A stretch of 63,494 nt of DNA, filler included, from Diploschistes diacapsis (taxonomy: Eukaryota), in assembly GCA_023645945.1 (NCBI GenBank). It is 27 parts of 27 records of this genome, joined end to end, with 100 filler letters (N's around TTAATTAATTAA, not from the genome) between each part and the next. Parts side by side here need not be neighbours in the genome. Positions count along the whole stretch, not along the records: positions 35,705 to 36,710 come from JALAIB010004338.1; positions 36,811 to 37,816 come from JALAIB010004339.1; positions 37,917 to 55,761 come from JALAIB010000434.1; 24 more parts are not named here. One strand, given 5' to 3'. Within the stretch, counting starts at the first letter, position 1. Each line of letters begins with the position of its first letter. Below, piece after piece: positions 36,225 through 48,541 of the stretch. Under the pieces are notes generated by a model. That model did no database searches. It was given only the letters and a program-made list of their open reading frames with translations, and was not told the DNA's origin. The position numbers were made by a program, and so were the translations under genes.

Positions 36225-36682
36225 TGTTACGATCCAGGTCATCGAGTGGTTACCTGGTACGTCACAGCTAGTCGGGCACTTCCCAGTCATTCCTTGTATA
36301 TAGCTAATCACAGACATTAGGTCACGTGACTGATAGATATCTAGTGATAGACATCTATTAGGGACAGATCTGCCTGGATAGTTATCTGTTAGTAATAGTT
36401 CTGTCGTAACAGCTCGGCTATCGGTAATTAGCTATCGTCTTAAATTATATAGAAATACCGTTATAACTTTTTTGAGTCGGGATATATTCACTTTTATAAA
36501 TATTTTTAACGATTATTCGAGATCAATTTATATTCGTTTATTTTTATTATTAAATAATAATCTTTTTAAAAATTAATACAAATCTATAATCGATTTTTTT
36601 TTTTATATTCTTTTTTTATCAGAAACCAAATTCACCTTAATTAATATCTCGTGTTTACGTTATAAAAATAAAGATTATAATA
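36225..36682 (-). mobile_element. Near-complete L4 LTR (about 455 bp)
   Basis: Plus strand runs TGTTACGATCC...GATTATAATA (RIP-mutated inverted end). TCACGTGA at 36322; purine tract just outside on the minus strand. Confidence 0.7.
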
Positions 36683-36810
36683 TTTAAACACCCTCTAGAA
36701 TAAATATAATNNNNNNNNNNNNNNNNNNNNNNNNNNNNNNNNNNNNNNNNNNNNTTAATTAATTAANNNNNNNNNNNNNNNNNNNNNNNNNNNNNNNNNN
36801 NNNNNNNNNN

Positions 36811-36978
36811 GCTGGCACCCACACACTATTTATTCTTGCCACCCTCCCACCTAGATAGTTTCCTCTCTAGCTTTTCGAATCCAGACCTTTTACCTGCAGA
36901 TGCCCAGCTACACGTAATCCTTCCGGATCAGGCCCAGCCCCCGGTAGTGTAGTATTCCATTCCTGCGCTGGCGTTTCA
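36811..36978 (+). mobile_element. L2 LTR, 3' part
   Basis: Near-identical to 8173-8340; ends GGCGTTTCA. Confidence 0.85.
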
Positions 36979-38691
36979 AGAACGAACGATTAAAAGTTTT
37001 AAAACGAAAATCGTTTTAATTTATTTTTAAATTTTAAATATATAAGAAGTTTTTATTATTGGATTAAACCGAAATATTGAAATATGTCGCTGTTAATAAA
37101 TTATTTTGAATAAATAGAACTAACGATACGGAATGAATCGAACGCGCGAATTAAAATGTCGGAATATACGTTTATTAGATATTATAAAAGATATTATTTT
37201 ATTAAAATTGCAAAACGGTAATTATAAAAGTCGGAACCCGTTAAATAATATATAATAATTTATTTATCGAATAAACCAGCTTTAAAAATAAATGACCTTT
37301 AAACGTATTATTTATACCCCGCTGTCGGGGTAAAAACGATACCCGACGAATAAGTAAACGCGAGGGTCCGTAACGAAACTTCGGGAGCGATTTCCGGTCG
37401 AAGGGTTCCCGATATAGATCTTAATAATAATAATAAATATTTAAACGAGAACTTTCAAGATTAAAGGGGAAAAAAGTTTCGTATAAATAATAATTAAATA
37501 TAAATTAATCGATTTTAAGAGATATACGATAATAATTTTAACGCGCGTATTTGTACGTCGTTTTTCGAAAAGGAAGCCGATTAATATCCCGATATTCGGA
37601 TATAGATTTTCTACGGTAACGTAAACGAAGGCGGAGACATTTATAAGAATCTTAAAAAAAATTCTTTTTTCTTTTTAACGATTTATTATTTTAAAATCGG
37701 TTTATTCGGAATTAAAATTTCGCGATCGATGATGTGTTTTCGACGGCCCTTAAAAATCCGTTTAAAAAATAATTTTCGCGTCGGGTCGTATTAATAATCG
37801 TAATAGGTCTTTAAGGNNNNNNNNNNNNNNNNNNNNNNNNNNNNNNNNNNNNNNNNNNNNTTAATTAATTAANNNNNNNNNNNNNNNNNNNNNNNNNNNN
37901 NNNNNNNNNNNNNNNNGAGTTTTTGCTACCTTCCACAAAGGTGACTGGCGAAGAAGGCTTGGATGCACAGGCTACGGCCAAGAAGCAAAGTCCAAAGCTG
38001 TATACGCTTTAAATCCAAATTTGGGCAGTTTGTGGCAATTATTAACGACCTCTTTCGCTACTAATGACCTGCCTGCATGCCGTGTAAAGTAATCAAAGTA
38101 TGGGACCAAAGCTATAATCATCTAGTACCAGGAGGAGCCCTACAGCTTCCCAAAACAGAACGCGAGTTCTCGTTTCCCTATCCTCAAGTTCACAGAGGGA
38201 CGGTTTGCTCAACCTCGATGTGTGACACACAGCTCAACCTCGAGCTTAAATAAGATACATGTATGCAGCCAGTACCGCACCCCAGCCCCCAACCAAATGC
38301 ACGCTTGTAAGTTTACAAAACATCGAGCGCCCCAGATCCGAATGAACGAGCCATATCAAGCATTGCCACCAGATTTTATTGGGCAATCGCTGGCCGACCG
38401 CATAGCACCTTATGCGGGAAGTGTTACTCAGGTTGAGATCCCCTATACAGAGTGAACCTTGAAGGGAAAACGGAGGTTCAATGGAATCCGTCTAGTGACT
38501 TTGGGTCAATGGGATAGCTTCCTTGAGCACCAAGCTAGAATTCATGACGTGGCCGTCGTGTCCCCCTTGTAAAGGAGAGATCGATTTGCATGGAGTGGTT
38601 GTAAACATCGACCTAACCGTTCAAGTCAAGTTCTCCCATGTGTGAAGTCATGTCTCAGGGATCATGTTGGTTAAGGGTCCAAGTCCTCACT

Positions 38692-41600
38692 TCACTCAAC
38701 ATGGCCGCGCTCCATTAATCTTCTGCGGATCAGCTCTTGGAGCAACAATAGCTGTTTGACTTCCGTCGTCTTCTCCTGCTTCGGGTTTGCATCTGAGTCA
38801 GGCGGGCTCGGAGGGATGGACAGACGCATTTGCGCCGTGTTGTTTGACGTCTTCTCATCGAGCAAGGCAACAACGTTGTCTGGAGCTTCACTCTGCAACT
38901 AAAAGTCAGTAAGGCGATATCGAGCGGAGCAACGCGATCTTACAAGGAGGGTAACAACAAGTTCCTTGATATGATCAGGCTCAAAGGCGAAGTCGCTCGA
39001 TTGGCCAGCCAGCTCGCAAAGGCCGAGCATCGCATCTTGCTCTATAAGAGAGCGGGCGTCAAAAGCCTTTTGCGACTGCTTGACCACGCGCGTGTTACCC
39101 TTGGCGGTTTCTTGAGCAAGGCGCTCAGCGTAGGCCTTCTTTGCCTTCTTGTCCTCCCAGTCCCTAAAAAGACGGTCAATGAAAGCACTTGGAGAAGATT
39201 GGTGGTCGCATACTTTCGCAGCCGATCGTTGAAGTCAAGGCGTATGTTAGTTTCAGTAAGACGGTAGATTTTAGGAGTTTCGTCGATATTCATCTCGTCA
39301 TCGCTTGGGTCCAGTTCGATCTCAACGAGGCCGTTGGATCTGAAGCCTCGGCGCAGCTGAGTATCAACAATCTCTGCGTTCTTGGGCCGACGCGTCTTGT
39401 ACAGACGACCACAGAGTCCGATGGTGGTGAGCATAGAATCCGCATGTGCAGGACACATCCACCTATACTTGGCTCGGTTCTGCGGGTCGCGGTACGGCGC
39501 GTTTGCCAGGGGAGGGTTCAGGCAGTCCAAGTGCCAGTGGAGGCCACAATAGTCGCATGAAATAATCTCGCGCTTTCCCAGGGAGGACAATCCACACCTG
39601 AAACAAAGGATGACTTGATTCTTCGAGTCCTTTAGTCGAAGGTTGTCATGCTTCTGTATCTCGTCGTAACCAGGCACACGACTGTTGCTGTTGAGGTGTG
39701 TTAACGATGTAGAAGAAGAGGCAAGTATGATCGATCCTTACCGAGTCTTGACTGCGCTAACTTCTTCGTACTCTCCATCTTCACCTGTACCGACGCCCTC
39801 GTAATATTCACGGATGCGGTTAGGGAGACTGAATGCTACTGGAGTCTGTTTGGAAAAGTTGTGCTCCAACATGGCGAAAAGACCTCTAGCTAGACGACAG
39901 CGCGCATCATCTTGGCGCTTGAATTGGCAGACCTGGCAGAACCAGCGGCCCTCGGGCGGGTGATCCTCGTCCATTGGTGGATCGAGGCATTTGAAATGAA
40001 ACGAGCGCACGCACCCATCGCAGCACAAAAGTTTTCCTTGATCACCGCAGGCGGAACAGAAGTCAACATTCTCACCCTGGAATTCAGTTTTAGCCATAGA
40101 GCCATCACAAGTGAGAGGGAAAGAATCGTAATGCGCAGCCACTTCTGGCCCAACAAATGCAACGTGTACGGAAGAACTACTAGTAATGAATGAGACGCAG
40201 AGGAATTACTCTGCCGAAAGCGACATCTTCATGGCTGATCCTTGTTCCAGAGTCATCGAAGTAAATATGCACAAGCAAAGCCTGGCACGATCGTGGTGCA
40301 AGAACCGAGGAAGGTTGGTTAGGGGTTGAGGGTGGAAAAGAAAAACAGTAGCGTTGTACGCGAGCGAGAGAAGAGCTGCGTCTTACCTCATCATCCGTGG
40401 TTTGTTCTGTTCCCGCAGCACCATCCTTTGCCCTTGTGGTGCGCGGCGCAATGCCTGCAACCACGCCATTTTTCTTCTTCATGGGCCTGTTCATTCGAGA
40501 TCGTTAGTGTATTGGAATAAACAAGGAAGTTGGGTTTAGAGTCGCTGCACGATGCATAATCAAGCAAAGTCTCCACCCCGAAAGGCGTAGAATCCCCGTT
40601 ACCCCTTCCCAAGCAGATACGAAAGTAAAACGGTCATCGTGCCACAGTCGGAGCCTTGGAGGTAGGAGAGCTCCATAGAACAGTACATTTTTTTGTAGTT
40701 CTAGGTTCGAGTAGATGGATGGTACTTACGATTCTTTAACGCGGGCCTTGCCACGATCAACTGTTCCTCGAGTGCGGGGGATGTTGGGCGTTGCAGCTCG
40801 AGACCGCGAGATCCTTCGAGCCTCCGGCGGTGGTGGAACAAGTAGATCTGCCTGGATCGATGAGGCTGGAGACTGCATCTCATCATGATCCCTCTTCGTG
40901 CCCCGGCTCGAATGAGAAGCCGACGAAAGATTGGGAAACGCCGTGTCGGTTATAATCCTCTCTGGTCGAGGTTGAGGTTTACCGCGAAGGCTACTGTTGT
41001 CGACGTTGTAGTCGTTAAATTCTGTCCTAACCATCTTGCGCTTCTTCGCCTCGCGCTCTTTGTCTTCTGCTTCTTCTTTGGCTGACTCCTTGCCCAGCTT
41101 GGGACCAGCTAGCGAGCCATAAGGCTTTTTTGGTGGTCCCTTGGTCATTAAGTTGCCTTTGGGAGGTTGAGCGAGATTACCTTTCCGACCTGCAACCTGG
41201 ACGCCATCATCATCATCATCTTCTTCTTCTTCTTCAGACAACAGGATTCTTATGTCACCCCACCGGGAGGAAAGCGTTGAAAGAGATGAGATATCAGAGG
41301 CGATGGAGCTGGATAGGCTGCGAGATCGCTTGACACGTTTTGGTGGAGGCTCCTCAGGCTTCTTGTTCTCTGAGGCTGCCATTTTGCCGTTTAACTGAGG
41401 TTGTGGGATGGCAGATTGAATATGGTTGGTGTTAGCGAGCGCAGAGTCGGTACGAGCTATAGACTGTCTGGTCCGTCTCACGGGAGACTTAGCTGCGGGC
41501 TTTGGCTTGCTGACTTCAATAGGGGAGTCTGTTGCTGCTGGTGTCTTGGGTTTCGCAGTCTTAGGCGGAGACTTCGTCTGCTTCTGCTGCTCTTTAATGC

Positions 41601-42348
41601 GCTTCTTCGCCATCTTGATGAGCCGTTGAAATTCGTCTGCTTCTTCTGGTGATTGCTTTTGCCGAAGCACAGCTACAAGAAGGCGATACAGTGGTGGATC
41701 ACTTAGACTGTCCTGGTATATTAATCGGATTGCATGCCCTAAACTTTCATTGCCAAGCTCATAGGCTCTTTCAACTGCAGAATCAACTACCACGCCCAGA
41801 CGTCGAGGTTCAAATTCTTCTGCCTTTGTTGGTGTTGAGCGGGTTGAAGAGGCTCGTGTGGGTAGAGTTTGTGTAGGTTTCACGGCAGATGCTGTGAATG
41901 TCTTGGGGGTTTTCTCTCTTTCATTTGGCATCTCTTCGGCATTTGACGCTCGGTTGTGTCTATCCTCCACCTTTCCCACGTTGGGTTTTCGGGCCACAGC
42001 ATTTCGGACCGAAGGCTTTGACGTCTCCTTCCCATCTGACACATCATCGTTTCGAGCAAAGTATGAACGCCTGCTTGGATCATATTGCTTAACTCGTAAC
42101 TTCCCCTTGGCTTGCGGTTGCATCGTCCTGAACTGGGACATCTGTTCCCTCATGCCCGGCCGCCCATGTGCTGAGCCCCTCGAGCCCTCAACAGTCGGTG
42201 CTTGCTGGTGTATTTGAGGCGGTTGCAGCGGTGCAGTGCCATCAAATGCTTCTTGCTGCAGATGTGGATCCAGGCCTTGAGCTGTCAAGCCCAGATTGGG
42301 TGCATTTGCCGGGCTTGCAATTCTGGGCGATTTCCGTACGGAAGACAT
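38692..42348 (-). CDS. Double-PHD-finger protein, Rco1/Cph-like (Rpd3S subunit candidate)
   Basis: PHD1 FCSACGDQGKLLCCDGCVRSFHFKCLDPP...WFCQVC; PHD2 CFRC...CDYCGLHWHLDCLNPP...WMCPAH; long low-complexity N-terminal exon; about 6 exons joined by GT-AG introns. The start codon is uncertain. Confidence 0.88.
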
Positions 42349-43126
42349 GCTCTCGTTTCGACGAGAAAAGCCGCGGACACGGTAGTTCGAACACAAGCGC
42401 CTGCGATGGTTTAGCTTTTATCGTGACGACATTGAAGGACAGACACTACGCGATACCGACCTGTCTTGTTGAACGCCGCTCCCACTGCTCCGCTTCTTCG
42501 TGGTCACGACCACTGCGCGTTGGGAAAACTGGTTACAAGTAGATTGGTGTTCGAAGAAGATTTGGGCGGGCCGGAAGTCACAAGCGAGCGGACCGAGCCC
42601 TCCTGACCTGCCCGCAACTTCCTGCCCAATTCGCGCAACTACAATACCTATGTAGATACGGGGCAATTAAAACATCTATTTGATTACAGAAACGGAGCAA
42701 AACTTTGCTCCATGTATAGTCCTGCCGAGTATGTAAAGATATGCCAGATTTTGTTTGTGGGCGATTTTAAATAACTAATTGGGACAACGCGTTGTATGAT
42801 GATTTGTAGTAGCGGACAGAAAAGGGGCTAAGCGGAACAGCGCTTCTCCAAGCTCAAACTTACACGATTTACCATCTTTGGCCTGTGCATACCGATTTCT
42901 TGCCTACGAGTTCGTGATGATATTATTGTTTAGCTCTAAAGAGCAGGGAACCACATAAGGAGGAAAGTATTCAGGCAGTGCCCCTATGAGCTAGATGCAA
43001 AATTCCCTATCTAAGCTACATTTTTGATGCCTGCCATGCTAGATACAGACACCGCAAATCCTCAACATTTCTGAACTGGCTCAGATCACGGTGATTCTGT
43101 AGTAAGGCTTTTAGCTTCAGTCAGGT

Positions 43127-44632
43127 TCAGTCCTCTTCGCTAGAGTCGCCCTCCTCCTCTTCTTCGTCGGCTTTCTGGGCAGGCTTCTTCTTTTTCTTCT
43201 TGTTTTTGCTCTTGGCTCCGGTAGATCTAGCAACAGGCTGCTCAAGGATTCTCAAGATTTCTTCATCCGTAATCTTCTTACTGCTCTTCACCTGCTCGAG
43301 ATCCAGAGGGGGTGGTGCCGTCAGACGGGTCAATCCATTCTTGGTTAATGCTACGCGAACAAATTAAGTCGTGGACTCGCCATCCCTTGTAGAACCATAC
43401 CTATTGTGGAGAAAACCCTCGACACTGGCGCATTATCCTTATCCGCAATAACCTCATACTGCCTAACAACGTTCGATCGCACGCATTCTACGATGCCGAC
43501 TTTACCCACACGTTCATCATCAAGTTGCCGTAAACTGAATGGAAAGGTACCGAATTTCTTCACGATCTCGGACAATATCTGCCGGGAGCTCGGACGCTTC
43601 AAAGCATAGGTAATGGTGGTTCTGCGATGAAGAGTGGGTCGGTTCTCGAGCATCTTGATCTTTCCGCTACCTAGGCTGACGCCCATCTCCACTCCCCAAA
43701 CTTCTCCAATCTCTGGGGAACCCTCCCCCTTATGGCCTTCGCCGGGTGCCAGCACTATCTTCTTCTTGCCCTCAATCTCATTCCTCTCAAAAAGCCACGA
43801 CGTCGTGTTTTCAACGAGGTTGCAATCGTAGCTCTTCACGACCTTCTCGAGAAGTTGAGTGATCTTTGCCTGACTCGGTGCCTTTTGGCCGGCGGCTTTC
43901 TTCTTCTCATCTTCGCCTCCACCTGCAAGCAGCCCCGGAGGGATCATCAGTCTTAGCAGAAGCTCGTTGGCATAGTGCGTTGCCAATAGGAGATCCGCGT
44001 CACGATCCGGTATTGTATCATGTTTGTTCTTTTCAGCTGATATGAGGATAGTATGGCATACGATCGTGCCCAAGCCGTCTATTTGCGCACCGAGCTGGAT
44101 TTTGATCGCTTCACCCTTCTTCAGCGCCGTCTCCGCGTCACTCGGATCGGATGCTAGCGGCGTGTATGGCGTGATGAAAGAGCTCGGAGAAATAGTGGTG
44201 GGGTGGGAGATCCCTGAGACGTGTCTGAGTGGAAGCTAGACCCATAATCTCTCATTGCAAACCTTTGAGAATTTTCTTGCCCTTGTATACCTTCCCTATC
44301 TCTTCTTCCAGTAATCGATCACCTCTCTCGCAGAGCGTAAGGATCTTTTCTCCTTCCACGCACCATCCTGACCAAGAGTCACCCAAAGCAGCTCTACCAA
44401 ACCGTCCTGGAAGCGGACATACCTGTTACGGTCTCAAGAACTTTATGCGAAATCTGAGCAGCGGTCTTGTATTTAGTGAGCGTATCCGGATTTGCAAGCG
44501 TGTAGTCTAAGTTGAATTAGTAAACGCGAGGGCCATCGAGTTGTCGCGCCCTCTTGGGCTCCACAGTAGCCGAAATGGGGATTGTTAGGGGGATCAAATA
44601 CCAACTGACACCTCTTCCACCGGTTTGGCCAT
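43127..44632 (-). CDS. cdb4: Curved DNA-binding protein / PA2G4(Ebp1)-like, peptidase M24 fold
   Basis: DYTLANPDTLTKYKTAAQISHKV, ISHPTTISPSSFITPYTP, QLGAQIDGLGTIVCHT, YALKRPSSRQILSEIVKKFGTFPFSLRQL and a Lys-rich tail. Confidence 0.9.
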
Positions 44633-44985
44633 CTTGCAGCAGTCGCGGAAGGTTACGATGCAATACTCGCTTCCTTGTTCTCACAGCTGAGGAAATCCTG
44701 AAGTCCACACTGTTGGGCTTTGGTGGGGTTAGTCGCAGTCGTGTGAGGTGAGCCCTTGCGGAGGGGTAAAATATCGAACGCAACGTGGGGCTGCAACTTG
44801 ACGTACTGCCAGAGGGCAGATAGACATTCATATATCGTGGATTGCTGCAGAGGTCTCTGCTTGCGCATGCAGTCCTTATATCCATAAATCTTCTTCAATC
44901 TTGGCCTAGTGTCACTTCGTTGCTTGTAACCTCAACCTCGCAAGCCGTCTCCCCTTTATAGTATGCTTACATCTTCACATCTGAC

Positions 44986-45807
44986 ATGATCTCTATCCCA
45001 ATTCGAGCTACTGAGTCCCCGTTCGAAGGCGAGAAACCATGGTCGGTTCGGCGGCCGAAACTTGTGAACGAGCTTCGATTCAATGCTGCAAACAACAACG
45101 AAGCTTTTATTTGCTGCCAGGAGGTGCTACATAACCAACTCCAGGATATTCTGGCGGACCTCAACGCTGGCGGAGATGTATGGGCTTATATCGGCGTTGG
45201 ACGTGACGACGGCGAGCAAGCAGGAGAGTACTCTCCCATCTTTTACAGGCCTGCGGCCTGGAAGCTATCCTCCGCCCGGACTGTATGGTTCTCTGATACC
45301 CCCGATATCCCTTCCCAAGACCCAGATGCCGCTTCTATAAGGATTCTAACCCTTGGATTCTTCTCGCATGTCGCGAGCGGAAGACATGTTGCAGTGTTCA
45401 ACACACACTTGGACGATCAGAGTAGTGAAGCCAGGCTTCGTGCCGCAAAAGAGATTTCTCACAGGCTAGCAACAATAGGTCACGTACCCACATTCCTGAC
45501 TGGAGACTTCAACAGCGAACCGAGTCAAGAAGCATATCAGTATCTGGTATCCGAAGCGTCTGTTCTTGATACATTCAATCAGGTTTCGCCTAAGAAACGC
45601 TACAGGAACTCCAATACCTTTACAGGCTTCGGTTTTGAGAATGAACCCCCAAAGAGGATCGACTTTGTCTTTGTCATGGAATTGGGTAGAGATACGAAAG
45701 ACCCTATGTGGACGGTAGCAAGCCACGCTGTACTTGCGAACAAGTTCGATGATGGAGTCTGCAATTCAGACCATAGAGCAGTGATCGTAGACCTTACCAT
45801 GCATTGA
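44986..45807 (+). CDS. Endonuclease/exonuclease/phosphatase (EEP) family protein
   Basis: ICCQEV, GVGRDDG...GEYSPIFY, FNTHLD, TGDFNS, RIDFVFV and SDH motifs. The N-terminal THNIRY motif appears to be missing. Confidence 0.92.
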   Translation: MISIPIRATESPFEGEKPWSVRRPKLVNELRFNAANNNEAFICCQEVLHNQLQDILADLNAGGDVWAYIGVGRDDGEQAGEYSPIFYRPAAWKLSSARTVWFSDTPDIPSQDPDAASIRILTLGFFSHVASGRHVAVFNTHLDDQSSEARLRAAKEISHRLATIGHVPTFLTGDFNSEPSQEAYQYLVSEASVLDTFNQVSPKKRYRNSNTFTGFGFENEPPKRIDFVFVMELGRDTKDPMWTVASHAVLANKFDDGVCNSDHRAVIVDLTMH

Positions 45808-45859
45808 TCGGTATCATGTGTTGCACGTGTGGCTGATGTGTACCGTTCAAGTGGAGGTA

Positions 45860-47568
45860 TCACAAGGATGTCGTCTTCTCGTGGCGGTCCAGCAGCCTCA
45901 ACACCTTTCTCGCACAGCCTATGGAGTTCTGATATCTGCAATATATCAGAACAACTCGGTGGCTAAGGTCAGGAACTCACCCAGCTCCGGCATTTCCATA
46001 AGTATGAGCGATTAAGAGCCCATTATGGCCGTCCTCCAATTCCACTCGAGCGCCTCCCTTTCGACCAGGCCGAAGCCCAACCCCGACTTTAAGGATCTCA
46101 TGATTGCCATGCTTATCCAAAAGCTCTGGGGCCAACTGCTTACTCCTGTTTAGCAAGTAAGGTACTTTATCTTCTTCAACCGCCGTCTCCCAAACATCTT
46201 CCTCGATTGTGACGCCCACTACCGTACAATTGGTTCTCGGTCGCGGCATGACAGCAATTACATCCGTCTTTGTCGCGCCAAGTTTCGTGGTGCATGCTTT
46301 CGCAGTACCCTTTACAAGGACGGTCTGACCTCGAATCGGATACATATGCTTGTCACCTACCATTCTCGTTGCTCCGAGGCCAGTGGCATTTACAACCGCC
46401 CAAACGGTCTCGTCCCCATCCAACCCGACGATTTTCGCTGCTTGTGCCGTAGCGGCTTCAAGCCCTCGATCTGTCCGCAAGCTAGAACGGAAAACACGCC
46501 CCCCAAGCACCTGGACCTTCTGAAGCAGATACGGAAGAAACACCGCTGGATCGATGGTGAAAGTTTTGAACTCGGCTCCATATATCACGTCTGGCGGGAG
46601 CGAGGATGCTTCTATCGGCCTGTATGCATCGACGAGGGTGGACCACCACGGCACAGGCATGGTGCTATTCACCTCTGGCGCGTGGACTTTTGCAGACTCG
46701 TTGATATTCGGCGAGGTCTTTTCTATAGTCTGCGAGGACAGGAAGGAGCTGGTAGCGTTAAGAGTCGTCCTGTTAATGCGAGTGTTGTTAAAAATCTTCT
46801 TGTTGGCAGCAGTGTCCCAGCATGCGAACCTACCAATAGTTTACCCCCGTCATGAACTACAAAATGTACGAGTAATCAGCGCCAGCCCCTGAGCTGATGG
46901 CGAGTGCAAGCATATTGGACGTACAGCAAGCCCACAATTCTTTTCCTTCTTCAAAAGCTCCTTCCACGCGTTGTACGTCTCAGCGTCCCAGGACGCGGCC
47001 TCGGTGTAGGACGTTTCATGGGAGCGCCACTGCGCGCCGGCCCTGCAAGGCGAAGCTGTTAGTCTCCAGACCATATTGCCTCCATCTACCGGCAAAGGCA
47101 TAGAGCAGAGAGCCTCTCAAATCATATATCTCCACGACTCGATACAAGATTTGCACGCTCTACCGCTCGTACCTCCCCATCATAACCAGAAAACAAAAGT
47201 TTTTTGAGCGTCGGCACCGAAGAGCTGTCCACATACCAAGCGCTAGCATACTCCCCACTCTCGTCGCCAGGCAAGAGCTCCGCCACGACGTAGACATTGT
47301 AAGCTTCCCGTCCCTCCTCGAGCAACGTCAGGGCCGTCTGGAGACCAATCACCCCAGCCCTGCGCAGGCGTCAGATCATTCGTTTCTTAGAGGAAGTGGT
47401 GTCGTCGAGAAGGGTTGCCCGAGTGGGAAGAGTAGAGCGGGCAAGGACTTGAAAAGGATGGGTTGAAAGGAGGATGAAGAAGAAGAAGAAGAAGAAGAAG
47501 AAGAAGAAGAAGAAGAAAGGGGGGGCTTGCCCTATTACTATTACGTTGTTCTTACGTTGAGGAGCCAT
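45860..47568 (-). CDS. D-amino-acid oxidase family FAD oxidoreductase (multi-exon)
   Basis: VIVIG|AGVIGLQTA, YASAW|AGAQW, VVNATGLGA, YPIRGQTVLV, VGLRPGRKGGARVE and HTYGNAGAG|YQNSIG. The central splice is unresolved. Confidence 0.9.
47476..47517. repeat. (GAA)n microsatellite in DAO intron 1
   Basis: About 14 perfect GAA units. Confidence 0.95.
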
Positions 47569-48541
47569 TGGGTGCAAGATAGTGTTACTTAAAATGAAAA
47601 TGGCAAATAAAGCTGGCGATGATATACAGCGCTGGTTATGTGGGAAGAGTAAAGCTACATGTATGCTATGAAGGGCCTCGAACCCAGAAGCCTCTTTTAG
47701 GGGACTGCGCGATTTATTAACAAGTGAGTCACCACGTAGTCTTTCGTGCCATCTTACTAGTAGATCAGAACACTTTGGTATCATTACGTAGTTAAGGGCC
47801 TCGCAATACTGAGCAGAATATAGAGCTCGCTATGTACATGCATCTAGTATCTCTCTTCAACCCGACTCGCAGCCTCCATCGTTCGTTGGGAGTCACCGCC
47901 CGCCAAAGAGCATGACTGCACAGCCGACCGGACAATGGTAACAGAGCAAGAACATGCTTATATGGCATCGTCCTGCGCCGTTACTCTACTGAGCCGCTCT
48001 CGGACCCCGGTAACCTTTTGTCACTTTCATGCTCATCACGATTCTGATGTATCGGATGGACAGCTTGCTACCGGAAATTGCTTGCTAGTTGTTATTACTA
48101 AGGATCGTCAGCACTGGTCGAGTCAATTTGTAGATATAAGCTACCTGTCCGTCATCTTAACCATAAGGAACCTATTATGAGCCTTTTGCCGGATGTTGGA
48201 GTTTGGAAGCGGTATCTTAAAGAAGCTTATAACGGCTTGCTGATAAATTGGGTTGAGGTACAGACAACAGACTTGTCGATATCTCCTGAAGCCTGGTGCA
48301 GAGTTCCTCGATGAGAAAGCATATAGTAGCGCTCATGATGGTTGTACAGTTAGTTCTTCGTGACTTTCTAGGTGTCTTGGTTGGTTCACTGGCAGTATCC
48401 AAACTTTGAGGGATGAAAAGACGAGCTAGTATGCTCTTAGCGCTTCAAATCCTGGGACGTGCCTAGATCAATCAGGTCCGCGTCTTGTCCACTTCAGAGA
48501 CAGCCGAACTGCCTATGGGAATGTCAGTCAGCCTTGAGAAC

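Noticed and set aside
37917..38011. 3' end of a gene at the contig start
   Set aside because: A short open frame with no recognisable motif; insufficient support.
20588..45807. Argonaute, EEP nuclease and PHD protein as a genome-defence cluster
   Set aside because: They lie on different, artificially joined contigs. The real Argonaute neighbours are housekeeping genes.
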